Shown: positions 7,786 through 17,424 of the stretch, piece after piece | Layout: each line of letters opens with the position of its first letter | How positions within the stretch are numbered: position 1 is the first letter of the stretch | Assembly (NCBI GenBank): GCA_041662205.1 | Contig: JBAZSZ010000001.1 | Span: 226,494-290,493 of the forward strand | Origin: Minisyncoccota bacterium | GTDB taxonomy: Bacteria; Patescibacteriota; Minisyncoccia; Phycocordibacterales; UBA9973 | Length of the DNA stretch: 64,000 bases | Direction: 5' to 3' | Program-made: the position numbers and the translations under genes | Notes under the pieces: generated by a model | Seen by the model: only the letters and a program-made list of their open reading frames with translations | Database searches by the model: none | Told to the model about the DNA's origin: nothing

Positions 7786-8304
7786 ATGAGCAGTAGATTC
7801 ATTTGTGAAAATAATAAATATAAAATTGGAGGTGAAAAAGAAGATACAATCTATCTACCAGTATCTTTTAGTAATCTACCAGAAGAAATAAAAGTTCAAG
7901 AACAAACTTTGTATTTATTTAACTCTTTTCATGTCAGTTTAATTTATATTGGAAAAATAATTGAGAAATATAATATCACAATTCCTGATTTTTTAAATAA
8001 AATAGAAAATGATTTTTGTGAATTTATAAAGACAAATAATGTAGAAGTTGTTCGTTATAACAATGAATTCAAGTTTGTTGCAAGAAATGATAAAAAAACT
8101 GTAGTTGTTATGTGTGAAGTCTCAAACTTAAACAAATTCTTCGATTTAATAAACCAAAAGTATGAGCTACCTCTCAAGTATATGCCAACCCATGTTACTT
8201 TGTATGGTAATTTAAAAAACAAACCTGGCATTTGGTTAATGAATGAAGACGATATTAAAAACTTTACTATCCCTATTGAAAACCCGATAGGTCGTTTACT
8301 TTAG
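7786..8304 (+). CDS. hypothetical protein
   Basis: 172-aa ORF, AT-rich, no recognisable motifs. Confidence 0.45.
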   Translation: MSSRFICENNKYKIGGEKEDTIYLPVSFSNLPEEIKVQEQTLYLFNSFHVSLIYIGKIIEKYNITIPDFLNKIENDFCEFIKTNNVEVVRYNNEFKFVARNDKKTVVVMCEVSNLNKFFDLINQKYELPLKYMPTHVTLYGNLKNKPGIWLMNEDDIKNFTIPIENPIGRLL

Positions 8305-8370
8305 TTCCAACTTCGCGTCATTATTTTTGTTTGAATTAAGGTTCTAGGTTTGCAACAAATACCCAAGCTA

Positions 8371-8400
8371 TTGACAAATAGCTATTAGGTAGTGTATAAT
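8371..8400 (+). promoter_or_regulatory. near-consensus sigma70 promoter (TTGACA-N18-tgTATAAT)
   Basis: TTGACA at 8371-8376 and TATAAT at 8395-8400 with TG at -15/-14. Located ~70 nt upstream of ORF 8470. Confidence 0.6.
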
Positions 8401-8469
8401 CCCAATAGAAATTAGCCTTTTCTGGTGGGGCTTAAAATAACATCAGAGGTTTTTTGAAAGGAAAGAATC

Positions 8470-8931
8470 ATGGAAAAGAAGAAGTTCTACGTATGTAGCA
8501 ACAACGGAGTTACAGCTGTTGTTACAGAGCAGACGCATAAGGATTTACAGAAGTATTGTGCTATTGGTTCTTGGTTTGATGAGACTGATGCAGAAAAACT
8601 GTACGAAGAGCGCAGGCTTCGCAGGACAGCAATAAGTTCTGCACTTGGGCATTTGTGTACTCCAACCTTTACGTTCACCCGTCCTGAACGTGCGAGTGTT
8701 TCCCCTTGGTTTACGGGCGACTCTGAGTTGTTTTGGGCACTAACTAAACACGTTGAGAACAACGGTGGAGTTTTATTGGACGGGAGTTGTTATGTCCCGT
8801 TCAGTAATGGAAGCGAGGTTGGGTTACATGGACATGAGGCATTGAAAGATGAACTCAGCTACGTAACCACAGAACAGCAGTTCCAGGAAACTTTCGGAAT
8901 CTCCATCTCGGAATTGATTAACAAAAAGTAG
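8470..8931 (+). CDS. hypothetical protein, visibly more GC-rich than surroundings (likely horizontally acquired)
   Basis: 153-aa ORF with its own consensus promoter and a strong terminator. Codon usage looks G/C-richer than neighbours (GC not computed). Confidence 0.5.
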   Translation: MEKKKFYVCSNNGVTAVVTEQTHKDLQKYCAIGSWFDETDAEKLYEERRLRRTAISSALGHLCTPTFTFTRPERASVSPWFTGDSELFWALTKHVENNGGVLLDGSCYVPFSNGSEVGLHGHEALKDELSYVTTEQQFQETFGISISELINKK

Positions 8932-8943
8932 AGATCCCTATCA

Positions 8944-8991
8944 CCCCGTATTAGACAAAGCCCCGTGCTCGTCTATACGGGGTTTTGTTTT
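8944..8991 (+). terminator. rho-independent terminator
   Basis: ccccgtat(tagac)...(gtcta)tacgggg stem followed by ttttgtttt. Confidence 0.7.
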
Positions 8992-9019
8992 GTAATATTA
9001 TTTTTAGTACCATAGAAGA

Positions 9020-9268
9020 ATGTATTATCTTTATATTCTTGAATGTGCTGACAAAACTCTATATACTGAAATTACCACAGATTTAAAAAGAAGGGCTGTA
9101 GAACATAATAATACAAGGTTGGGAGCAAAATATACTGTTTCTAGAAGACCGGTAAAGATTGTTTATTCTAAGAAATTCAAAAATAGATCTACCGCTTCAA
9201 AAGAAGAAGCTAGAATTAAAAAATTAAGGAAAAATAAAAAATTAGAATTAATAAATAATGGAAAGTAA
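9020..9268 (+). CDS. GIY-YIG nuclease domain protein (YhbQ/UPF0213-like)
   Basis: YYLYILECADKTLYTEIT...RRAVEHNN matches the GIY-YIG core. Confidence 0.7.
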   Translation: MYYLYILECADKTLYTEITTDLKRRAVEHNNTRLGAKYTVSRRPVKIVYSKKFKNRSTASKEEARIKKLRKNKKLELINNGK

Positions 9269-9671
9269 TTTTATGATTGAAGACATTTATCCAGAAGAAT
9301 GGCAAGAAACACGAGGTATTTATTCACCAGCCAAAAAGATTGATCTTGGAAGTACTTTTTTAATATTTGTGTCGGGTCAACAAGTTGAGAAAAATGAAAA
9401 CCACGAAGCTATAACGGACGATATTGAGGAACAAACAGAACTCGTATTTCAGGCTATTGAGAAAATATTAAAAGCTGCTAATGCTTCAATGGATGATGTA
9501 GTAAAAGCCCAGATATTTTTAACTAACATAAGTGACCTTCCAAAGGTTTCAGCCATCCGTGACAAATGGTTTGCGAAAAGTAAGCCAGCAAGCACCTTGG
9601 TTGAGGTTAAGGGAATGACTCGTAAGGGTGCGAAGGTTGAAATTGAAGTAACTGCGATTATTAAGAAATAA
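9258..9671 (+). CDS. RidA/YjgF/L-PSP family protein
   Basis: FVSGQ...VKAQIFL...PASTLVEV...VEIEVTA is the characteristic RidA pattern. Confidence 0.7.
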   Translation: MESNFMIEDIYPEEWQETRGIYSPAKKIDLGSTFLIFVSGQQVEKNENHEAITDDIEEQTELVFQAIEKILKAANASMDDVVKAQIFLTNISDLPKVSAIRDKWFAKSKPASTLVEVKGMTRKGAKVEIEVTAIIKK

Positions 9672-9685
9672 TTATAATAAAAAAA

Positions 9686-10405
9686 ATGCGAAAAGAAATT
9701 CAATTAACAACTAAAGACGGACATATTATTTATGGAACATTCGATTCAGCCCAAAAGAGTAAAACTCTATTGATTTTTGTTCATGGATTTACGGGACATA
9801 GAAATGAACACCATTATTTTAACGCTGCTTCTTTTTTCCCAGAAAAAGGTTTTGATACATTCAGGTTTGATTTTTATGGAGGTAAGTTGAACGCACGTTT
9901 GCTAAGTAAAGTTTCTTTACAGGAACACATTTCTGACTTAAAACTTGTTATTGACACTTTCAAAGAAAAATACGATGACATCATTCTGATTGGACATAGT
10001 CTAGGATGTATAGTTGTATTAAATACTGATTTATCAGATATTTCAAAAATTGTTTTGTGGGATCCTTCAAGTAAATTAAAAAATTTAAAAGAAAAAAATG
10101 CTGAATATAACGCTGATTTAGATAAATATATTTTTAATTCAAGATTAAGTATAATTGTTTCTAAAGAATTAGTTAAGGAGTGGCAAGATGTTAATATAGG
10201 TAATTTAGCTGAAAAAATAAATGTCCCTTGTAAATTTATTTTTGCTGGAAATCATAATAAACTTGAAGTATGGAAACCATTTTTAAGTAAAATAAAGGTG
10301 GCTAATGAATTTGCAATAGTTGAAGGTGCTAGTCATGTATTTATTGAAGAAGGCGTTGAACAAAAACTTTTCGAAGAAACCCTTAATTACATTAAGGTAC
10401 AATAA
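9686..10405 (+). CDS. alpha/beta-fold hydrolase (serine esterase/lipase-like)
   Basis: FVHGFTGH and nucleophile elbow GHSLG. Confidence 0.7.
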   Translation: MRKEIQLTTKDGHIIYGTFDSAQKSKTLLIFVHGFTGHRNEHHYFNAASFFPEKGFDTFRFDFYGGKLNARLLSKVSLQEHISDLKLVIDTFKEKYDDIILIGHSLGCIVVLNTDLSDISKIVLWDPSSKLKNLKEKNAEYNADLDKYIFNSRLSIIVSKELVKEWQDVNIGNLAEKINVPCKFIFAGNHNKLEVWKPFLSKIKVANEFAIVEGASHVFIEEGVEQKLFEETLNYIKVQ

Positions 10406-10409
10406 AACT

Positions 10410-10877
10410 ATGAAACTGATCCTTGGTTCAGATTTTAGTTTTTTATTCAAATACGGTTACGGTCTAACTGGTATTCCTAAAGACCAAATAAAAATTGGAT
10501 ACATCACTACCGCCTCAAATGCTTTTCCTAATAGGGATTATATAAAAATCTTTAAAAAACAAATAGAAGAAAATGGTTATAATATTGAGGAAATTGATAT
10601 TGAAAAATTAAAAGGTACACCGTTTCAAAAAAGAGTTTGGGTAGCGTTAACTAAAATAAAAAAGGGAAGTACTATTACATACAAAGAACTTGCAAAAAAG
10701 ATAGGTAGACCTAACGCTGTGAGGGCAGTAGCAAATGCTGTTAGCTATAATCCTTTACCCGTTTCTATTCCTTGTCATAGAGTAATCCGAAGTGATGGAA
10801 CTCTCGGTGGATATTCGGGTAGGGGTGGCATAAAAATGAAACGTGCCCTACTTGTTAAGGAAGGAGTAAAATTATAG
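10410..10877 (+). CDS. ogt: methylated-DNA--protein-cysteine methyltransferase (Ogt/MGMT)
   Basis: C-terminal IPCHRVI active-site motif and NAVSYNPLP helix. The ATG at 10410 is chosen over the overlapping 10320 start. Confidence 0.8.
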   Translation: MKLILGSDFSFLFKYGYGLTGIPKDQIKIGYITTASNAFPNRDYIKIFKKQIEENGYNIEEIDIEKLKGTPFQKRVWVALTKIKKGSTITYKELAKKIGRPNAVRAVANAVSYNPLPVSIPCHRVIRSDGTLGGYSGRGGIKMKRALLVKEGVKL

Positions 10878-10906
10878 TTGTAAAATAAAAATGCTATACT
10901 TTAAAT

Positions 10907-12115
10907 ATGAAAAATAATTTAAAGATAACCATCATAGTACTTGCTTTTATTATCATTGGTGTTTTTATTTATTATTACAAAACAAAAATTACACCCTTTA
11001 ATGAAGGAACTCCAACGACAACGGAAAGCTCAATAATTAGCTTACCTGGTTTTCAAATACCGGAAGGTTTTTTATTTAGTATTTTTGCTAAGAATGTTCC
11101 TGGAGCTCGAGCGATAGAGCTCGACCCCAAAGGTCGTGTCGTAGTAAGTGAGACAGGCGAAGGCAAGATAGTCATGCTTTCTGACACAAATAATGATTTT
11201 ATTACTGACGAACAGAAAACACTTTTGAGTGGTTTGGAAAAACCACATGGTCTAGCGTTTAATTGTAATAATCTTAATGATGCATGTTTCTTATATGTCG
11301 CTGAGGCTAGCACTTTATCTAGATATTCTTATGATGCCCAAACTTTAATTCTCGGACCCAAAGAAAAACTTATGGAGATAAGCTCTTCTTTAGGAGATAG
11401 ACATTTTACTCGTTCACTCTTATTTTTACCTTCACCAAACGAGAATACGTTACTCGTTTCTGTCGGGTCTTCATGTGATGTCTGTCATGAAAAAGATGCT
11501 GAGCACGCGACGGTATTGTCTTATAATATAAAAACGGGGAAAAAAGAAGTGTATGCGAAGGGGCTTCGTAATTCAGTATTTATGACCCTAAATCCTGTTT
11601 CTGGTAAAGTTTTTGCCACGGAAATGGGTCGCGACAATCTAGGTGATAATCTACCACCAGATGAAATAAATATTATTGAAAAAGGAAATAATTATGGTTG
11701 GCCTATTTGTTATGGTAAAAATATTCATGACACCAAGTTTGATAAAAATACATATATCAGAAACCCATGTATGGAACCGTTCGAGACTTCTTCTTTTATA
11801 GATTTACAAGCACACTCTGCGCCACTTGGTCTTTCTTTTATACCTAAAGTTGGATGGCCAAAAGAATACCAACACAATCTCTTGGTTGCTTATCATGGTT
11901 CTTGGAATCGTAGTATACCCACTGGCTATAAAATAGTTCGCTTAAAAATGGATGCGCAAGGAAAATATCTTGGCGTTGAAGACTTTATTACTGGTTGGAT
12001 GACAAATGAAGGAAAGAAAATTGGTCGTCCCGTAGATATAGAAATTCTACCCAATGGGACTGCCTATATCTCAGACGATAGTTCTGGAGCTATTTATGTT
12101 CTACGTGTTAAATAA
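10907..12115 (+). CDS. PQQ-dependent sugar (glucose/sorbosone) dehydrogenase-like beta-propeller protein, membrane-anchored
   Basis: N-terminal TM; NNYGWP motif; PHGLAF; propeller-like repeats. Confidence 0.6.
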   Translation: MKNNLKITIIVLAFIIIGVFIYYYKTKITPFNEGTPTTTESSIISLPGFQIPEGFLFSIFAKNVPGARAIELDPKGRVVVSETGEGKIVMLSDTNNDFITDEQKTLLSGLEKPHGLAFNCNNLNDACFLYVAEASTLSRYSYDAQTLILGPKEKLMEISSSLGDRHFTRSLLFLPSPNENTLLVSVGSSCDVCHEKDAEHATVLSYNIKTGKKEVYAKGLRNSVFMTLNPVSGKVFATEMGRDNLGDNLPPDEINIIEKGNNYGWPICYGKNIHDTKFDKNTYIRNPCMEPFETSSFIDLQAHSAPLGLSFIPKVGWPKEYQHNLLVAYHGSWNRSIPTGYKIVRLKMDAQGKYLGVEDFITGWMTNEGKKIGRPVDIEILPNGTAYISDDSSGAIYVLRVK

Positions 12116-12152
12116 TTGTTATTTTATAAAACAATTTTAGATAAAAATCTAT

Positions 12153-13301
12153 TTATCTCCACCCTTTTACCACTTGCCACTTTATATTAAGTGCAGCACC
12201 GAGAGTTATGGCTGAGGAAACGCATATTATAATCCAACCTAGGAAAGGTATTAATCCAAGAAGAGAACAAATTATTACACCCAATAAGATAGTTTTCCAA
12301 TTAACAACATAGACAGATTTTTTAAATATCCATTTGTAAATGAGAGCACCTAGGAATATCGGAGTTATTATGCCCGTATAGATAAAAAGCATAATGAAAG
12401 AAAGTAATCCGAGGATACCGAAGGGGATTCCAATGATGCTAATAAGGAGAATAATTGAAAGCACAGGAAGAACGATAATAGTAATAATGCCCCGTCCTAG
12501 TTCTTTGAGAGGGTTTGCGGTAGCTTTTTCTACGAGTTCTTGGCTGTAACGTCGGAAAATAAGTCCGACAATGAGGGCTGTGGCTAATAACATAAGGAAT
12601 TTAGCTATAAGTACAAAGGTAAAGAATCCAAGCATCCATGTAGCTATATTTTTATTCGCTCTATCACTTACCTTTAATTGAGTGAAAATAGTTTCCCCAC
12701 GTACTTTGCCTCTTTCTTCAATAGTGATAGGATTTGCTGCCTCATAATTAAGATTGCCTTTTATGTTAGCATTTGGCCCTAAGGTTAATTTTTTTGTTTT
12801 AATATTCACATTGCCTTCTATAGGAGCATTGATGTAAATTTCTCCACCAGCCATTTTTACACTTCCTTTAACTTCAGAATCCATCCTAATTGTTCCGCCT
12901 GCTACTGTTAGATCTCCACCTATTGATTTACCAGATAATATTATCTGTCCTCCACCTACAACTACGTCACCTAAAACATTTCCACTTATAATGATATTTC
13001 CACCACCTATGCGAACGTCTCCAGAAACTTGATTAGAAACTGTGATATTGCCACCTACGACAAATAGATCTTCTGTAACCAATCCAGATACGAGTACTGT
13101 GCCACCAGCAATTAAAAGATCCTTGTTTGCATTTCCAGCACTAACAGCAGTTCCACCCGCCATATAAAGATTACCCTCTGTTTTTTCTAAAGAGGTGAGA
13201 GATATTTGTTGCCCAGCTCTGAACTCGGCAGCAAACCCTAAAACAGGAAACACTAATAAAATTAATATTAATACTACAAGAACCCTGTTAAAGTTTTTCA
13301 T
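12153..13301 (-). CDS. membrane protein with N-terminal signal, bactofilin-like beta-helical GG-repeat domain and C-terminal multi-TM domain
   Basis: Seven or more tandem ~19-aa repeats of the form G(D/N)hxhxGGxIxhSG, followed by 4-5 TM helices. Confidence 0.5.
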   Translation of the reverse strand: MKNFNRVLVVLILILLVFPVLGFAAEFRAGQQISLTSLEKTEGNLYMAGGTAVSAGNANKDLLIAGGTVLVSGLVTEDLFVVGGNITVSNQVSGDVRIGGGNIIISGNVLGDVVVGGGQIILSGKSIGGDLTVAGGTIRMDSEVKGSVKMAGGEIYINAPIEGNVNIKTKKLTLGPNANIKGNLNYEAANPITIEERGKVRGETIFTQLKVSDRANKNIATWMLGFFTFVLIAKFLMLLATALIVGLIFRRYSQELVEKATANPLKELGRGIITIIVLPVLSIILLISIIGIPFGILGLLSFIMLFIYTGIITPIFLGALIYKWIFKKSVYVVNWKTILLGVIICSLLGLIPFLGWIIICVSSAITLGAALNIKWQVVKGWR

Positions 13302-13387
13302 ATGTATATATTATACAACGCATATTTCTCACTGCAACATTACAATCTCGCATTGATATATTTATATTTTTATATTAGAATTTATCA

Positions 13388-13978
13388 ATGGAACCTAAAA
13401 ACGCATTGCCTCACAAAGGAAAAAGATTAATCATAACTGGAATTCCTACTATTGGTAAAACTAGTTTAGCCAAACGTCTCGCAGAAGCAACTGGAGGAAT
13501 TTTTGTTTCCGCTGATGATGTTCGCCACGAGCTTCGGCCAGACCCAAAATATACAGATGCTACAAATTTTTGGAAAAATAAAAACAAGAGAACCTATTAT
13601 ATAAAAACATCCTATGCTCAACAATGGAAAAATATTGTCTCTCAATCTGAAAAATTATGGGAAGGAATGCTGAATAAAATAAATAGTTATGCAAATGAAG
13701 AAAAACCTGTTATTTTTGAAGGGGTTAGTTTTTTGCCACATTTAGTACATAAGGATTTGAATATTCCTTGTATGGTGATAGCCGGTGCTACCCTTGAAGA
13801 GGTGGTAGAAAAAAATAAAGACAAACCTGTTTGGGAAAATACAGAGTTAGAATTACAATCTGCCGCTTTTTTCCTAGGTGATCAGCCATATTTTAAAGCA
13901 GAAGCTGAAAAATATAATTACCCAGTGTTTACAAACAATGACATAGCTTTTAAAGAAGCTCTTAAGATTCTAGAATAG
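13388..13978 (+). CDS. P-loop NTPase (kinase-like)
   Basis: Walker A GIPTIGKTSLAKRL. Confidence 0.55.
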   Translation: MEPKNALPHKGKRLIITGIPTIGKTSLAKRLAEATGGIFVSADDVRHELRPDPKYTDATNFWKNKNKRTYYIKTSYAQQWKNIVSQSEKLWEGMLNKINSYANEEKPVIFEGVSFLPHLVHKDLNIPCMVIAGATLEEVVEKNKDKPVWENTELELQSAAFFLGDQPYFKAEAEKYNYPVFTNNDIAFKEALKILE

Positions 13979-13980
13979 TT

Positions 13981-14316
13981 ATGGCAACGATAGAAGATTT
14001 TGAAAAATTAGATATACGGGTTGGTAAAATTATTGAGGTTGAGGACCATCCAGAAGCCAGAAAGCCCGGATATAAATTAAAAATAGATTTTGGTCCTGAA
14101 GTTGGAATCAAAAATTCATTTTCTCAAATAGCGATATTTTATGAAAAAGAAGCTTTGATGGGGAAGCTGGTCTTAGGTGTGGTAAATTTTCCAATTAGGA
14201 AAATCGGATCTTTCGAATCTGAAGCCCTGACCCTCGGCGTGCCTGACGCAGAAGGCAAAGTTGTTCTATTGGTACCAGACAAAGACAACGCAGTGATAGG
14301 AGGGAAGTTGTATTAA
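13981..14316 (+). CDS. tRNA-binding domain protein (CsaA/EMAP-like)
   Basis: DIRVGKIIEVEDHPEA..KL.KLKIDFG is typical of the CsaA/MetG C-terminal tRNA-binding OB fold. Confidence 0.7.
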   Translation: MATIEDFEKLDIRVGKIIEVEDHPEARKPGYKLKIDFGPEVGIKNSFSQIAIFYEKEALMGKLVLGVVNFPIRKIGSFESEALTLGVPDAEGKVVLLVPDKDNAVIGGKLY

Positions 14317-14329
14317 TTCTAAATAAAAA

Positions 14330-14367
14330 AGGGGCTGTTGCGATTGTTGCAAAAGCCCCTGATCTTT
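14330..14367. terminator. bidirectional rho-independent terminator between convergent genes
   Basis: aggggct...agcccct stem with an A-run upstream and T-rich run downstream. Confidence 0.65.
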
Positions 14368-14372
14368 TGATA

Positions 14373-14894
14373 CTATTCCTCCTTTCTATTTTTCCCGACA
14401 ATTCTATCTAGTACGCCGACTGTCGTTGAATCATCAAGAACGTTCTTTAGAACCACAGCATTGGCTCCGATTTTTACATTGTTCCCAATGTTAATATTGC
14501 CGAGTATCTTTGCACCGGCTCCAACTTCAACATTGTTACCAAGAGTAGGATGCCTCTTACCTTTTTCCTTACCAGTACCTCCAAGAGTTGCCCCTTGGTA
14601 AATGAGACAATTCTCTCCGATCTCAGCAGTTTCTCCTATGACCACACCCATGCCATGGTCAATCACAAGTCCGTCGCCTATTTGTGCTGCAGGATGTATT
14701 TCTACACCCGTTAGGAATCTAATAAACTGAGAAATTATTCTTGCTATCAGCTTAAAGTTTTTTCCCCATACCCAGTGCGATACTTTATAACCAAGTATCG
14801 CGTGCAAACCTGGGTAGCACAATAATACTTCCAGCACCGTTCGAGCCGCTGGATCCCTCTCAAAAATTGCCTCAATCTCTCTTTTGATGAACAT
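14373..14894 (-). CDS. cysE: serine O-acetyltransferase
   Basis: Hexapeptide repeats [35 protein letters not shown] and the conserved N-terminal SAT region. Confidence 0.8.
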   Translation of the reverse strand: MFIKREIEAIFERDPAARTVLEVLLCYPGLHAILGYKVSHWVWGKNFKLIARIISQFIRFLTGVEIHPAAQIGDGLVIDHGMGVVIGETAEIGENCLIYQGATLGGTGKEKGKRHPTLGNNVEVGAGAKILGNINIGNNVKIGANAVVLKNVLDDSTTVGVLDRIVGKNRKEE

Positions 14895-15164
14895 ACCCTC
14901 ATCCTCCTTTTTATTTTGTTTTCAATTTGCAATGTTTTTACAAGAAAACACCAGTCTTTTTAAAAGGCTGGTGTTTGGGTTGTAAGTTTTTTAGAGATTA
15001 TATTTACAGTTCAAAAATCAGCCTTTTAAATTTAAAGCTGAGCAACAACAAAAAAGTGTAGTAGTGAAAGAAAAAGTGTTTTGTAATAATTCCCGATCCA
15101 TGATTTATATATAGCATTAATTAGATTATGTGTAAAGAGTTTCTACTAGTGCTATAATTAATTC

Positions 15165-16361
15165 ATGACAAATGATGATTATGGAATTTGGCTCGAAGGG
15201 TTAGAACGCGCAAATTATCCACGGGGTGTTTTGCCTGATGAAACAGAAATTTTAATCATAGGTGGAGGTATCACAGGAGTAACTGGTGCATATTTATTAG
15301 CAAAAGAGGGAAAACAAGTAGTTTTATTAGAAAAGAAAAAATTAGGAGAATGGGTTACTTATTGTACGACTGGTTTTTTGACGCAAGCGTTAGACACCGA
15401 TCCTATTAAATTAATTAAATTGTTTGGGAAAGAAAAAGCTCGTAATATTTTAGCATCACACCTTGAAGCCATTGATAGCATAGAAAATATAATAAAAACC
15501 GAAATGATAGAGTGTGAATTCGAACGTTGTAATAATTATATTTATGCTAACAGTGAAAGGGAAGAAAAAAAACTTATAAAAATAGCTGAGGCTTTTTTGG
15601 AGTTAAATGTAAAATGTGAATATAAAAAAGATAATAATTTAAAATTCTCTAAGTTTGGTTATATTGAAATGCCTAATCAGGCAAAATTTCACGTGATGAA
15701 GTATTTAACCATGCTCGCTAAAAAAGCAAGCAAATATGGTGCTACAATAGCTGAGGACACAGAGGTTTTAAATTTAAATGATAAAAAAGATTTTGTGGAA
15801 ATAGTTGTTAAGGAAAGTGGAACAATTAAAGCTAAAAAAGTTTTTTCTGTTACCCATAATCCCTTTGGAAAACCACCCTATTTATTACGTAAATTCAAAA
15901 TGTATCGCACTTATGTTCTTGAATATAAAATACCTTCAAATTCTCTTATGCAAGGCACCTATCAAGACAATTTAGAGCCATATCATTATTTTAGAATTGA
16001 TCAAAAAAATGGTTTTGATCGAATGATAATAGGTGGAGCTGACCATTTGAATGAAAAGAAAATGGATCGAGAATTAAATTTTATAGAATTAAGAAATTAT
16101 ACAAAAGAAATGTTTGGATATTTATCATACGAAGAAATTCGTCATTGGTCTGGAGTGATACCAGAACCTATTGATGAATTACCTTTTATTGGGGAATTAA
16201 AAAGTAGTAATATTTTTCAGGCTTTCGCTTTTTCTGGAAGTGGTATGACTTACAGCTACATTGCTAGCAAAATATTCTTAGATCAATTAACCTTACAAGA
16301 TAATATTTATTCAAAAATTTATAACATTAAACGCAATGTTTTTCATACACCCAATTCGTAA
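15165..16361 (+). CDS. FAD-dependent oxidoreductase (DadA/glycine oxidase-like)
   Basis: Rossmann dinucleotide motif ILIIGGGITG...LEKK. Confidence 0.65.
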   Translation: MTNDDYGIWLEGLERANYPRGVLPDETEILIIGGGITGVTGAYLLAKEGKQVVLLEKKKLGEWVTYCTTGFLTQALDTDPIKLIKLFGKEKARNILASHLEAIDSIENIIKTEMIECEFERCNNYIYANSEREEKKLIKIAEAFLELNVKCEYKKDNNLKFSKFGYIEMPNQAKFHVMKYLTMLAKKASKYGATIAEDTEVLNLNDKKDFVEIVVKESGTIKAKKVFSVTHNPFGKPPYLLRKFKMYRTYVLEYKIPSNSLMQGTYQDNLEPYHYFRIDQKNGFDRMIIGGADHLNEKKMDRELNFIELRNYTKEMFGYLSYEEIRHWSGVIPEPIDELPFIGELKSSNIFQAFAFSGSGMTYSYIASKIFLDQLTLQDNIYSKIYNIKRNVFHTPNS

Positions 16362-17424
16362 TTTTTATGGCAGATTTGAGCGCCCGATTTCCTCTTTATC
16401 TCTTATTTCGGGTTTCGTATTTGACGCGCTCACGCTCAAGAGGGTAGACACCCTTTGGGAAAATATTTGGATTCTGGGACATCTTCTTATCGTTGGTATT
16501 TTTATTACCTTGATTCATCTTCAAGAAAATGAAGAGGGGGGTGAAAGAAATCCTAAAAAAGCGCATTTTTGGTATGTAAATATTTTACAGTTTTTCTTTG
16601 GGGGAATTCTCTCGACCTATTTAGTCTTTTATTTTCGTAGCGCGGACATCTTTGTCACTTGGCCATTTATTGCTCTGCTGGTTCTAGCTTTTGTTGCTAA
16701 TGAATCATTAAAAAGGCATTACATAAGACTTAGTTTTCAGATTAGCTTATTTTTTCTTTCTATTTATTCTTTTGCTATTTTCCTAGTCCCAGTGATTTTA
16801 CATAAGATCGGTGCTTGGGTATTTCTACTTTCAGGATTTCTTAGTTTAATCTTTATTGTGGTATTTTTACTAATTTTGTTTCATTTTATCAAAGACAAGT
16901 TTTCTGAGAGCAAAAAATTAATTATATCTCTAATTTTAGGGATTTTTATTTTAATTAATTTTCTATATTTTACCAATTTAATTCCACCGATCCCGCTTTC
17001 CTTAAAAGATGCTGTAGTGTATCACTCAATCCAAAAAAATACGAGAGGGAATTATGATGTAACTTATGAAGACCATGGCTGGAGAGGGTATTTTAATTTA
17101 TATCCAGACTTCAACCAAGTTGGGGGAGTTCCCGTATATGCTTTTAGCGCCATTTTTTCTCCAAAGAATTTAAATCTTACCATCATTCACGAATGGCAAC
17201 ACTATGATGAAGTTCGAAAGAAATGGATGACTGAGAGCACAATAAATTTGCCTGTAATAGGTGGTAGAGACGGTGGTTTCCGTACATATTCAATGCGTTA
17301 TGGTCTAGACACTGGCAAATGGCGAGTGAATGTAAAAACAAAGCAAGGTCAAACGATAGGTGTTATAAGATTTAAAATCATTCAATCAGATACAGTGCCT
17401 GCGCTTACTGAGGGGGTAAAATAG
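16336..17424 (+). CDS. multi-pass membrane protein, hypothetical
   Basis: 362-aa ORF with ~7 hydrophobic helices and a soluble C-terminal domain. Confidence 0.45.
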   Translation: MFFIHPIRNFYGRFERPISSLSLISGFVFDALTLKRVDTLWENIWILGHLLIVGIFITLIHLQENEEGGERNPKKAHFWYVNILQFFFGGILSTYLVFYFRSADIFVTWPFIALLVLAFVANESLKRHYIRLSFQISLFFLSIYSFAIFLVPVILHKIGAWVFLLSGFLSLIFIVVFLLILFHFIKDKFSESKKLIISLILGIFILINFLYFTNLIPPIPLSLKDAVVYHSIQKNTRGNYDVTYEDHGWRGYFNLYPDFNQVGGVPVYAFSAIFSPKNLNLTIIHEWQHYDEVRKKWMTESTINLPVIGGRDGGFRTYSMRYGLDTGKWRVNVKTKQGQTIGVIRFKIIQSDTVPALTEGVK

